A stretch of 64,000 nt of DNA from Desulfosudaceae bacterium (lineage in GTDB: Bacteria > Desulfobacterota > Desulfobacteria > Desulfobacterales > Desulfosudaceae), in assembly GCA_963674745.2 (NCBI GenBank), contig CAXXDV010000002.1:67628-131627 (forward strand). The letters run 5' to 3'. Below are positions 9,465 through 18,982 of the stretch, piece after piece. The notes beneath the pieces were generated by a model, which worked only from the letters and a program-made list of their open reading frames with translations, was not told where the DNA came from and did not search any database. Both the position numbers and the translations under genes were made by a program. Position 1 is the stretch's first letter. Every line of letters begins with the position of its first letter.

Positions 9465-11192
9465 TTAGTAAATAGAGTAGGTTATTGATTTATTGGTAAT
9501 GCCTTCTTCCTGCAGGGCGTCAATTTTTTTAGCGACTGAAGATATTCTAAAAGAATCTTTGGTATTCAGCAATAAAAAAGGGTTGTTTTCGTTAAATGAG
9601 GACCCCAACAGATCAAAAGGTTTGTCCGAGACCAGGGCGACAACGGTGTCCGTACCGGCCGGGCCGGTCACATTTAGGTCAAAGCCCATGTTTTCACTGG
9701 GTATTTCGTATTTCCGGCCGGGCTGGATAAACTGGCTGGACTGATAATAGTTGGGAAACACCTGGATCAGTTCCTGTCCGGTGGTATACGTAAGAATCAA
9801 AGCATAACAGGGCTTTTCGGTTTCAAAAGCAAAACGCATGGGCTGGCCGATACGATAACTGGCGGCGTCCGTCCAGATATTAAACATATCTGCCGCTTTC
9901 CCGTTGCCGACGGCCAGAAGCCGGTCAACCAGACCTTCCGATGTATCGGGTCGGGCGGATATCGCGGGGGGCGGGCTACCCGGAACAGCCGCGGGAGCAA
10001 CAACATCGGGCAAAGCCGTTGGGGTGGCAGGCGGTGCTTCCGGCGAGGTAACCGTTGCCGTGGTTGGGGCCTGTCCGGTCGGTTTTTTGGATGATTTACC
10101 CGGCAGCAATATCACCACCAGAAAAAGCACCACCACCAGGCCGATGCCCAGGGCGAGTCTTTTTTTGTTGGCCTCTATGAAAGCCATGGCTTTGGACGGC
10201 TTTTCGGGCTTCGGCTCTATGACCGTAGCGGTCGATGTCTGGCCGGCCGGGGCCGCCCCCGGAAAAGTAACGTCGCCGATCATGGTGGCGTCATCATCTA
10301 CCGGTTCCGGGGCGTTGACGATGGTGGCATCATCGACCATATCAACGACGGTTGCTTTACCGCTTTGATAGTCACGGAGGCTTTTGAGCAGTTCCCCTCC
10401 GTCGGCAAAACGGTTGTCCGGTATTTTTTCCAGCAGGCGCATGATAATCCCGGCCAGGGGGCCGGGAATATCGGCCACAAAGGTTTCCGGTCTGGCGGGA
10501 ATTTCGTGGGCCTGGGCATAATAGATGGCGGTGGTGTCTTTGCCGTGAAAGGGGTGCTTACCGGCGATCATTTCATAAAACACCAGGCCGAGGCTGTAAA
10601 GATCACTCCGGGCATCAACCGGTTCCCCCTTGATCTGTTCCGGACTCATATACCGGGGTGAGCCGAGAATGGTATTGGGTGCGGTCAGGTCACTGTCACC
10701 GATTTCCTTGGAAATACCGAAATCCGCAATGATCACCCGGCCCTGATGGTCGAGCATGATGTTGGACGGTTTGATATCACGATGATAGACGTTGTGTTGG
10801 TGCGCATAATGAAGGGCCTCGGCAATTTTAATCATCAGTTCCACGGCTTCGGAAATTTCAAAAGGGCCATCCCGTTTAATCCGTTGCTGAAAGGTCTCGC
10901 CGTCAATAAAGGGCATGATAATGTAATCAAAATCGTCATTGCTGCCGAAATCGTAGATATCGATAATACCCGGGTGATCGAGGCTGGCGGCCAGCTTGGC
11001 TTCACGATAGAAGCGCTGCTTGAACTCGTCGTTTTTGACCAGTTCCCGGTGGACAATTTTGATGGCCACTTTTTTCCCTAGTGCTTTGTGAATACCCAGG
11101 AATATCTTGCCCATACCCCCGGCCTGCATCAAATCCTTGATCTCATATTTGTCGCCCAGCGCATTGGTGATCAGGGTCTGGCTTTCGTCCAT
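9465..11192 (-). CDS. Transmembrane Hanks-type Ser/Thr kinase with C-terminal DUF4384-like extracytoplasmic domain
   Basis: GGMG, VAIK, HRDIKPSN, DFG, YMSPE, DLYSLG; one TM helix; YRIGQPMRF...QVFPN...GPAGTD. Confidence 0.93.
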   Translation of the reverse strand: MDESQTLITNALGDKYEIKDLMQAGGMGKIFLGIHKALGKKVAIKIVHRELVKNDEFKQRFYREAKLAASLDHPGIIDIYDFGSNDDFDYIIMPFIDGETFQQRIKRDGPFEISEAVELMIKIAEALHYAHQHNVYHRDIKPSNIMLDHQGRVIIADFGISKEIGDSDLTAPNTILGSPRYMSPEQIKGEPVDARSDLYSLGLVFYEMIAGKHPFHGKDTTAIYYAQAHEIPARPETFVADIPGPLAGIIMRLLEKIPDNRFADGGELLKSLRDYQSGKATVVDMVDDATIVNAPEPVDDDATMIGDVTFPGAAPAGQTSTATVIEPKPEKPSKAMAFIEANKKRLALGIGLVVVLFLVVILLPGKSSKKPTGQAPTTATVTSPEAPPATPTALPDVVAPAAVPGSPPPAISARPDTSEGLVDRLLAVGNGKAADMFNIWTDAASYRIGQPMRFAFETEKPCYALILTYTTGQELIQVFPNYYQSSQFIQPGRKYEIPSENMGFDLNVTGPAGTDTVVALVSDKPFDLLGSSFNENNPFLLLNTKDSFRISSVAKKIDALQEEGITNKSITYSIY

Positions 11193-11209
11193 GGTTTTCC
11201 TCTTATCTG

Positions 11210-12712
11210 TTACTGCAGTTTTTGCGACGCCTGCTGATAATATTTGTTGTCCTTAAGGGGCATGATTTTTAAAACGGCGCGGAATTTTTCAGCGGCCTTT
11301 TGTTGCTGCCCGAGGCCTTCATAGACCAGGCCTTCCTGGTATACCCGCCTGGCCTCGGCTTCTACTTTTTCCAGGGCCTCGGTCATCATGCGTTGCGTAT
11401 CCTTGTAATCCGGTGACACCTCGATTACTTTTTGAAGAGCGACCAGGGCGCGGGCCATATCTCCGGATTTATATATTTTGGCCGCTTTGTCATAGTCGTC
11501 TTTTATGTCCGTCTCCATGATCTGCCGCAGATGTTCGATGGCATAACGGGTATGGGCGGTTTCCGGGCACTCGATTTTCAAGGCAAGGAGAGCTTCCCAC
11601 TCGATCAGGGCCTCCCGGTATTTGCTTTGATCATAATATTGCTGTCCCCGTTCAAAATGCTGCTTTACGAGCGCCATTTTTTCCTGTTTTTCCTGCGCTC
11701 GCTGTTCTCTGGTTTTCTCCCGGTCGGCAATGGCGTTTTCAATGTCCGTGCTGAGCTTGGCGACATCCGGGTTGTCCGGTGCCAGAAAAACCCCTTCAGC
11801 GATGATGTCCCGGGCTTTGAGCAGGTCGTCTCCGGCCATGGCCTGTCTGGCCCGGGCGGTGATGTTGCTCACCCGCTCCATCCGCTGTTTCTCTTCTTCC
11901 TGGGCCCGGCGGCGTTCCTCTTCAGCGTCGACCATTTTCAGCCGGGCTTCTTCAAGATAAGAGCGGGCCGTTTCGTTCTGCGGGTCGATCTCGAGGACCG
12001 CCTGAAAACGGACCAGCGCCTGGCTGTAGTTACCGGATTCCAGTTGCGCCCGACCGCTGTGCAGGTAGGAATCAATCCTGCCCTGAGTCTCCAGGTCCTG
12101 AACCGTGTCCGTCTTTTCCTGCTCAGCTGTGACGGAAGTTTTTTCGTCATCAGGTCCGGTTTTTTCCGGGGACGGCAATATGATGAGCAGCAGGATAAAC
12201 AATACCACTACGCCCCCCAGGCCGCAGGCGAGCTTGTGTGATTTTACAAATGATGTGATCTTATCAACCGTACTGTCACCACCGGCATCCATAACGGTGG
12301 ACATGGGCCGGACAACCGTTCGGTCGTCGTCGTCTGTGTCGGTGATGACCACTGTCCGGTCGTCATCCTCGATGGCGACCGGTTGTTCGGCGGAAACCGG
12401 TTTCCATTCGACTTCTATCCGGTAGTCACCGATCTGCAGAACATCACCGTCTTTCAGTTTTTCATTGGTCACCTTGACGCCGTTGACAACGGTACCGTTC
12501 TGGCTGCCTAAATCCTCGATATACCAGTGTTCATCCTGAAAATAGAGCCGGCAATGCTTTTTCGAGGTTCTTCGACTGGCCAGGACCAGGTCGCATTGAT
12601 CGTTACGACCGATAATGGTTTCACCTATCGGCGGGTATTGCTGTTCAAAAAAAGATTCAGCGGTTTCGAAAATTTTTAATTTCAGCAGGGATTTATTTGT
12701 TTCCAAGCTCAT
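11210..12712 (-). CDS. FHA-TM-TPR protein
   Basis: IGR...SKKH...DLGSQNGT FHA motif; DDDRT repeats in the linker; TM; several TPRs (LEIDPQNETA, VSPDYKD). Confidence 0.9.
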   Translation of the reverse strand: MSLETNKSLLKLKIFETAESFFEQQYPPIGETIIGRNDQCDLVLASRRTSKKHCRLYFQDEHWYIEDLGSQNGTVVNGVKVTNEKLKDGDVLQIGDYRIEVEWKPVSAEQPVAIEDDDRTVVITDTDDDDRTVVRPMSTVMDAGGDSTVDKITSFVKSHKLACGLGGVVVLFILLLIILPSPEKTGPDDEKTSVTAEQEKTDTVQDLETQGRIDSYLHSGRAQLESGNYSQALVRFQAVLEIDPQNETARSYLEEARLKMVDAEEERRRAQEEEKQRMERVSNITARARQAMAGDDLLKARDIIAEGVFLAPDNPDVAKLSTDIENAIADREKTREQRAQEKQEKMALVKQHFERGQQYYDQSKYREALIEWEALLALKIECPETAHTRYAIEHLRQIMETDIKDDYDKAAKIYKSGDMARALVALQKVIEVSPDYKDTQRMMTEALEKVEAEARRVYQEGLVYEGLGQQQKAAEKFRAVLKIMPLKDNKYYQQASQKLQ

Positions 12713-13592
12713 CTAAATACCTCAACGCGTTTATGTATTGATCACTGTTTTTATCCCTGGAAAGCTCGATTACCAATTTAAATTCATAGGTCGCCTGATC
12801 GTAGCGCATGTAGCGGTAATGAACCATGGCGTTCTGATAATGTTCTTTAACGGTTCCCGCCAATTCTTTTTCGGCTTTCAAAAACCAGAGCCTGGCGTCG
12901 GCGTGATCCGGGTTAAGGCTCAAGGCGCGTTCCCATTCGTCGACGGCCCTTAACATATTGCCGGTATCATAAAAAAACAGGCCCTGGCGGAAGTGTTCAT
13001 CAGCGATCTGTTTGTCCTTTTCGGATATGTTCAATCCGGAAATGTCCGGCAGGGAAGACGGCCTGTCGGCAACAGGAGCGCTTGACGTCAAGTCGGAATA
13101 TCCCGGCTGAGACGGCCTGGTGAGGGACGCGGGTTGTTGACCGGCGTCTTTGTCTTTGGAAAACATGACGACCAGTATCGACAGGCAGAGGCATATCAAC
13201 CCGGCCAGCAAGCCCAGCTTAATGACGGTGCCGGACGATGAGGCTGTGTCCCCGCCGGCCGGTGCTTTGAGGACGAAAACAGTTCCCCCGACCTGGAATT
13301 TGTCTTTGGGTTTTAAAACGGTTTTGGAAACCGGCTTCCCTTTCATCTGGGCCGGATTGGTCTGGCTCAGGTTTTCCAGGCTGACATTGCTGGTCCCGGG
13401 TTTGGTCTTAATCAGGACGTGTTTGCGGGAAACCATTTTATCCGAGGGGTCGATACGGATACTACATTCATCGGATCTCCCGATGAGATATTCCCGGTTC
13501 GTTTCCAGGTCAAATGATTTGCCCGTGTCCGGCCCCTTGACAACCAGCAGGCTGATCGGGCCGGCAGGGGCTGATCCGGATTTTTCGGTCAT
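12693..13592 (-). CDS. FHA-TM-TPR protein (FHA partly degenerate)
   Basis: IGRS...VSRKH, but NG is replaced by NP; TM; TPR (WERALSLNPDH). Overlaps both neighbouring genes. Confidence 0.85.
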   Translation of the reverse strand: MTEKSGSAPAGPISLLVVKGPDTGKSFDLETNREYLIGRSDECSIRIDPSDKMVSRKHVLIKTKPGTSNVSLENLSQTNPAQMKGKPVSKTVLKPKDKFQVGGTVFVLKAPAGGDTASSSGTVIKLGLLAGLICLCLSILVVMFSKDKDAGQQPASLTRPSQPGYSDLTSSAPVADRPSSLPDISGLNISEKDKQIADEHFRQGLFFYDTGNMLRAVDEWERALSLNPDHADARLWFLKAEKELAGTVKEHYQNAMVHYRYMRYDQATYEFKLVIELSRDKNSDQYINALRYLDELGNK

Positions 13593-15043
13593 GATCCTGC
13601 TTCCTCAAAAACAATTAATACAGTTGGTTTATCCGTGTTCTGAATGGTTCCGGAGACCCGGTAGGCTTTTCCGCCGGTCTCTGTTTCGATTGCCTGACCG
13701 TTCGGGTTTTCAATAATCTGTGTCACGATGACAATGATATCGCCGTCAAAAGCTTCAATGATATGCATGCCTGTGCTGCATGCTTTTAATCCCAGGTCCC
13801 GGGCGAAGGTATCCGAAAAACCGGCCAGGGTGTAGTTCTCCGGATCAACCAGGCACCATGGCCCGTCAATGGCGGCTTCCGGTTCGGTAATCACCGGAGG
13901 TGATTCTTTTTGTTCATCAGGCGGGAGCGGCGGCGGCATTTTATGGTCCGGCAGTTCAACGTCAGGTTCAGCCGGCACCGTCCTGCCCGCATCGGGCGGA
14001 CTCGTGTCGGGTGCCCTCCGGAGCAGCAGGCGATTAACGATGCGTTTCAGATTGTCAAGTTCCGCATAAGGCGCGGAAAAATCGATGTGGTCCCGGCCTT
14101 CCTTGATGGCGATCTCGATGTCTTCATAAAGCTGCCTGAGCGGGGTGAGAAAGTTCTTTGTCAGCACGTAGGATATCAAAACGGCCAACACGAAAAGTAT
14201 CAGCAGCAGGAAAATAGTGCCGCCGCCGAGACCGGACCCGGGCGCGGGCATTCCGTCCAGGTCGGAAAAGCCGATGATGGCCGCGCCCAGCACCTGGTTT
14301 CTGAACACCACCGGGCTGAAAATAAGGCGTTCACCACCGGGACCGGTGCCAACCATCGACCGGGCGTTTTTCAATGCCTGGGGCAGACCGTCCCAGTTGA
14401 AAAAATCGCCCTGTTTTTCATGGGGGGCGATAATTTTTCCGTAACCGTCAACCACAAAGGCATATACCACACCGTCCTCTCCCCGGACCGGCGTTGTCCT
14501 GACCCAGGCATGCTCCCCGTTTTCCAGAAAGGTGCGATTGATTTCCGCCAGGTACCGGCTTAAAAGAACCCCTCTGTTTAAATGTGCCTGGTGAAAAATG
14601 TCACTGGCCTTACGTTTCAGGGGCCCATAAACCGTCAACAGGGTGAAAAGCATGGCCAGAACAATTAGGACCGAAAAGACGATTTTAATGTGCCGGTTGA
14701 TCAGTGAATCAAGCGAAGCGGCCAGTACGGTTTTTGTTTCCCCTGTTTCCGACTCGGCTGCTGCTGTGCGAATCGTAAATGGATTCAGCTCGAACTCAAA
14801 AGCGTTTTTAAACGTTTTTTCCGATATTTTTACTCCCCGGCAGAAGACGCCGTTGGCGCTGCCGTTATCCGCCACCCGGAATGTGTTTTTTTCAATCGTC
14901 AGCGTGGCATGGCTTTTAGATACGGTTTTGCTGTCTAACACAATACCTGCCGATGAATCCCGGCCGATGGTGTAGGTGCCGTCGCCCAGCTCTCTGGTCT
15001 CTTTAACCCGACCGTTTTCCAGTATTTCGATAGTAACCGTCAT
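13589..15043 (-). CDS. FHA protein with TM, periplasmic sensor-like domain, TM, HAMP-like segment and Pro-rich linker
   Basis: IGRD...SKSH...GSANG; two TM helices flanking YAFVVDGYGKIIAP; LTPLRQL...ELDNLKRIVNRL. Confidence 0.85.
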   Translation of the reverse strand: MTVTIEILENGRVKETRELGDGTYTIGRDSSAGIVLDSKTVSKSHATLTIEKNTFRVADNGSANGVFCRGVKISEKTFKNAFEFELNPFTIRTAAAESETGETKTVLAASLDSLINRHIKIVFSVLIVLAMLFTLLTVYGPLKRKASDIFHQAHLNRGVLLSRYLAEINRTFLENGEHAWVRTTPVRGEDGVVYAFVVDGYGKIIAPHEKQGDFFNWDGLPQALKNARSMVGTGPGGERLIFSPVVFRNQVLGAAIIGFSDLDGMPAPGSGLGGGTIFLLLILFVLAVLISYVLTKNFLTPLRQLYEDIEIAIKEGRDHIDFSAPYAELDNLKRIVNRLLLRRAPDTSPPDAGRTVPAEPDVELPDHKMPPPLPPDEQKESPPVITEPEAAIDGPWCLVDPENYTLAGFSDTFARDLGLKACSTGMHIIEAFDGDIIVIVTQIIENPNGQAIETETGGKAYRVSGTIQNTDKPTVLIVFEEAGS

Positions 15044-15069
15044 TTTTGTCCGGATTTAGATGGTTGTCA

Positions 15070-15945
15070 TTATTTCATGATCATTTGAATCAGATACGGT
15101 CCGAAAATAACAATGAATATAACGGGAAAAATAAGCAACATCATGGGCACCAGAAGTTTTTGAGAAGCCTGGGCGCCCATCTTTTCCGCTTTCATAAACC
15201 GTTCCGAACGCATCCGTTCAGCCTGATACCGCAGTACGGAGGAGATACTCGAGCCCATCTTCTCCGCCTGGATCAGGGTCGAGGTAAATGAATCCAGCTC
15301 CATCAGATCGACCCGCTTGGCCATTATTTTCAGGGCTTCATTTCTGGAACGGCCGAACTTGATGTTCTGGTCCATGAGGTAAAGCTCGACCACAAAAGGG
15401 TCTTTGTCCTTGCGATAAATGTCACAGACTTTTTGTACCGCCATGTTGAATGCCAGGCCGGCCTCAACGGACAAAGAAAGGATGTCTACGACGTCCGGCA
15501 TGCTCAGCCGAATTTTTTCCTGGCGTTCTTTCTTCTTGCCATAAAGCCAGAGGTACGGGTAGTTCAGCCCGGTCAGGGCAAAAATAAACAGGACGTAATG
15601 GCTGTCAAAAAGTACGATCCCCATGAAAAGAAACAGCAGCATGACCGATATCTGAAAGCCGATCATGTCGTCGGGGTCGACCTGCTCATCCATGCCGGCG
15701 GTGATGATATATTTTTTCATTTTTGCCTTATAGCTTGAAAGCGGCAATTTCCGGATGGCCGGGAGCAATATCTGGTAAAAAGGTTTAAACATAAGGATGA
15801 ACCGGGATTCATCTTCGATGACAAATTCATCGTCATCGCGCATTGGGGCACCGGGCATGGTTCTGGGCAGCATCTTGTAAATCAGAAAAAAAACGCCTGC
15901 GAAAAACAATAAAAAACCGAGCAGTTTGATTATGCCTGTATCCAT
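15070..15945 (-). CDS. tadC: Tad pilus platform protein TadC (T2SS F family)
   Basis: PDVVDILSLSVEAGL; LIQAEKMG; AEKMGAQASQKLLVPMMLLIFP. Confidence 0.9.
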   Translation of the reverse strand: MDTGIIKLLGFLLFFAGVFFLIYKMLPRTMPGAPMRDDDEFVIEDESRFILMFKPFYQILLPAIRKLPLSSYKAKMKKYIITAGMDEQVDPDDMIGFQISVMLLFLFMGIVLFDSHYVLFIFALTGLNYPYLWLYGKKKERQEKIRLSMPDVVDILSLSVEAGLAFNMAVQKVCDIYRKDKDPFVVELYLMDQNIKFGRSRNEALKIMAKRVDLMELDSFTSTLIQAEKMGSSISSVLRYQAERMRSERFMKAEKMGAQASQKLLVPMMLLIFPVIFIVIFGPYLIQMIMK

Positions 15946-15958
15946 ATCTGTCCTTATT

Positions 15959-17668
15959 TTAACTGTCCATTGTTACCCTGAAGACCTCTTCGATGGTGGT
16001 CTCTCCCGCGGCCAGCTTAGAAAGTGCCGCCTCCCGTAGTGTCACCATGCCATCGGCAACGGCGGCTTCCTTGATCACCCCGGCCGGTTCGTTGCGCAGG
16101 ATCAGGTCGATAATGCGCTCGCTGATCTGCATCAATTCATAAACACCCAGCCGGCCGTTATATCCGGTGCCGGCACAGTCTTCACAGCCTACCGGCATAT
16201 AAAAGTCGGCTTTCACTTTATCCAGGCCCATGGCTTTTAAGATATCCATGTCCGGCATGTAAGGCTGCCGGCATTTTTCACACAACCGCCGCATCAGGCG
16301 CTGGGCGATAACCGTCATCTGCGAAGAGGCCACCAGGTAAGGCGGAATCCCCATGTTGACCAGGCGGCTGACGGTGGCGGGCGCGTCGTTGGTATGCAAC
16401 GTGCTGAGCACCAGGTGGCCGGTCATGGCCGCTTTGAGCGCGATATCGGCTGTCTGCAGATCCCGGATTTCACCGACCATAATGATGTCAGGATCCTGGC
16501 GCATGAAAGATCGAAGGGCCTCATCAAAGGTCAGCCCCACTTCAGAGTCGCAATTGACCTGGGTGATGCCGTCCATATTGTATTCAACCGGATCTTCGGC
16601 CGTGACGATGTTCACATGTTCGGTATTCAAGGCGTTCAGAACCGCGTACAGGGTGGTAGACTTGCCGCTTCCCGTGGGGCCGGTGACCAGGATCAGGCCG
16701 GTAGGGTTTTCTATGGCTTTTTCCAGAAGCCCGGCCTCTCTGTCTTCCATGCCCAGGTCCTTGAGGGTCAACTGTTTTTTATCTCTTTCCAGAATACGCA
16801 TGACAATGGTTTCACCATACAATGACGGCAGGCTGGAAACGCGAATGTCCACTGCGCGGTTTTTGATCAGGCCGAAGCGGATGCTGCCGTCCTGGGGCAT
16901 ATCGGCTTTGGCGGTCTCCATTCCGGCCAGCATTTTCAGCCGGGTCGATATACCTTCTTTAAAAATTGAGGGCAGATTCCAGGCGGTCTGCATGACCCCG
17001 TCCTTGCGGTAACGGATTCGAAAATTGTTTTCTCCGGGTTCCATGTGCAGGTCGCTGGCGCCGTTTTTTACCAGCATGTTGAGCACTAACTGAAACAGGC
17101 GGATAAGATGGGCGTCGTTGACCATGTCCATCTTTTCGGCCCGGTTGGTAATCAGGCGGTTGGCTGATTGAAGTGCCTTTTCAATCAGGGTGTCCGGTTT
17201 CTCATCCCAGGGGACAGGAATATCCATTCGTCCGTCGTAGTATTGATCAATGGCGGCCCGAATGGCCGGGCCGTTGCAGCAATAAGGTTTGATGCGCGAG
17301 CCGGTCACGGCCGAAATCCGGTCGATGCATTGCCGGTCCTGGGGCATGGCCATGACCAGGTGGATATAATCCTTTTCGTGTTTGATCGGAAAAACCGTTT
17401 CTTCGCGGGCGATCACACCGGGAAGCAGAAGGGTGATATGATCGAGAAATTTTCCTTCAAAGGAAACGAATGAAGGATCAAGCGCCTGGGCGCCGGTGAC
17501 TTCCTCGAGTACGGTGTTGGCCAGGGCTGCGTCAATAACGCCGGTCTCAAGCAGGTGGTCGGAAATCAGCGTCGTCTCCAGATCCGGAACCGCACCGATC
17601 TTGATGCCCCTGGTTTGAAAGGACTTGAACAGCTTTTTGTTGAACGCGACAAAGGTTTCGTTTTTCAA
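15959..17668 (-). CDS. PilB/GspE-family assembly ATPase
   Basis: ASDLHMEP, PQDG, GPTGSGKST, TAEDPVE, RQDPDIIMVGEIRD, TGHLVLSTLHTN, tetra-Cys motif CEKC...CEDC. Confidence 0.93.
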   Translation of the reverse strand: MKNETFVAFNKKLFKSFQTRGIKIGAVPDLETTLISDHLLETGVIDAALANTVLEEVTGAQALDPSFVSFEGKFLDHITLLLPGVIAREETVFPIKHEKDYIHLVMAMPQDRQCIDRISAVTGSRIKPYCCNGPAIRAAIDQYYDGRMDIPVPWDEKPDTLIEKALQSANRLITNRAEKMDMVNDAHLIRLFQLVLNMLVKNGASDLHMEPGENNFRIRYRKDGVMQTAWNLPSIFKEGISTRLKMLAGMETAKADMPQDGSIRFGLIKNRAVDIRVSSLPSLYGETIVMRILERDKKQLTLKDLGMEDREAGLLEKAIENPTGLILVTGPTGSGKSTTLYAVLNALNTEHVNIVTAEDPVEYNMDGITQVNCDSEVGLTFDEALRSFMRQDPDIIMVGEIRDLQTADIALKAAMTGHLVLSTLHTNDAPATVSRLVNMGIPPYLVASSQMTVIAQRLMRRLCEKCRQPYMPDMDILKAMGLDKVKADFYMPVGCEDCAGTGYNGRLGVYELMQISERIIDLILRNEPAGVIKEAAVADGMVTLREAALSKLAAGETTIEEVFRVTMDS

Positions 17669-17684
17669 CGGTTGTATATCCCGG

Positions 17685-18905
17685 TTATATTTCTACTTTG
17701 ACCATTTTTAACATTAAAAACAACCCGACCGACTCCATCAGAAAGATCAGGATGATAAGCATCCAGCCCAGCGGCGTCGTGTACATCAAGCTGAAAACAT
17801 CGTGGTTCAGAAAATTTAAAATCAGTCCCAGAAAAATGGGCAGGGCGGCCAGAATCCAGGCCTGTGTTTCCCCTTCGGCGGTCATGGTTTTAATCTTTTG
17901 CTGGATCCGTTTTCTCTCCTGGATGGTCGTGGCCAGATTGTCGAACCGTTCCGGGAGATTCCCGCCGGATTCGAGAAGGATAAGGGTGGCGTTGACCATA
18001 ATTTTGGTGTCATTGCCGGGTATCCGTTCGGCCAGATGGAGCAGGGCGTCTCCCAGGCTGGATCCGAGTCGATGTTCGTTAAGCACGATTTCAAATTCTT
18101 CGCTCAAGGGGGGTGCTGCTTCCATGACCACCATTTCAATGGACTGGACCAGGCTGAGACCGGCTCGCAGGCCGTTGGCAATCATGGCCAGCCCGTCGGC
18201 CAGTTGCTCATCGAATTTTTTCCTGCGGCGCATTCTCAGCCAGGCGATACTGGCCCGGGGAAACAGGTAAGCCCCCAGAGCAAACAGCACGGCCAGAAAA
18301 AGCCGCGTGCCCAGCTGGTCGGTCAGGCCGCCCGAAAGGTTATACAACTTGTCGTCGGTCACAATAAAGCTCTCGGATTCCCTGGCCCTGACCTCGGAAA
18401 AAGACGCTTCCGAAAATTTATCCATGGCCATGTAAAGTGCCGCCAGGTTCTGGTGGGCCTTTCCATAATAAGGCAGGAGCCGGACTGCCTCCAGGAAAGC
18501 CTTTTCGGACCGGGTAAAATTATTGAGACCGAAATAAGCCACGCCCAGTTCGTTTTGGACCAGAGGAGATTCCAGAGACTTTAACGGTTCAAGCCGCAGG
18601 ATGGCCTCGGCGTAATTTTCCTGGCGGTTATCTTTTAAGGCCCGCTGGATAGAGAGCAGGTTGTCGATCTTCGAGACACCACCGGGAATAAAAAAACCCA
18701 GAAGCGCACCGCCGACGGTTAAAATGATAATCGCTCTGGTGATCTGTCCGGCTGAAACATTAATAAACATATCGGCCAGTGCGGCTTCAATTTTTTGTGC
18801 GTAACCGACAGATCCATCCGCCGATGTTAACCGGGTACGCAGGACAAGGTATGCGGCGGCCCACAATAGAACAAAAACCATCAATAGAATTAAAATCGTG
18901 TCCAT
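17685..18905 (-). CDS. tadB: Tad platform protein TadB with inserted TPR domain
   Basis: FDEQLADGLAMIANGLRAGLSL; ESGGNL; IKTMTAEG. TPR (NELGVAYF...AHQNLAALY) lies between TM helices. Confidence 0.88.
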   Translation of the reverse strand: MDTILILLMVFVLLWAAAYLVLRTRLTSADGSVGYAQKIEAALADMFINVSAGQITRAIIILTVGGALLGFFIPGGVSKIDNLLSIQRALKDNRQENYAEAILRLEPLKSLESPLVQNELGVAYFGLNNFTRSEKAFLEAVRLLPYYGKAHQNLAALYMAMDKFSEASFSEVRARESESFIVTDDKLYNLSGGLTDQLGTRLFLAVLFALGAYLFPRASIAWLRMRRRKKFDEQLADGLAMIANGLRAGLSLVQSIEMVVMEAAPPLSEEFEIVLNEHRLGSSLGDALLHLAERIPGNDTKIMVNATLILLESGGNLPERFDNLATTIQERKRIQQKIKTMTAEGETQAWILAALPIFLGLILNFLNHDVFSLMYTTPLGWMLIILIFLMESVGLFLMLKMVKVEI

Positions 18906-18982
18906 ATGCCGTTATTGTCTTTTTATTTTGGTTCTGTTTTTGTTGACGGCCCGGGTGTCCTATGGTTCTGGCCCGGCCCGGT

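Noticed and set aside
9465..15043. Type VI secretion cluster, suggested by kinase and FHA genes
   Set aside because: No TssB/C, Hcp, VgrG, ClpV or TssJLM genes are recognisable.
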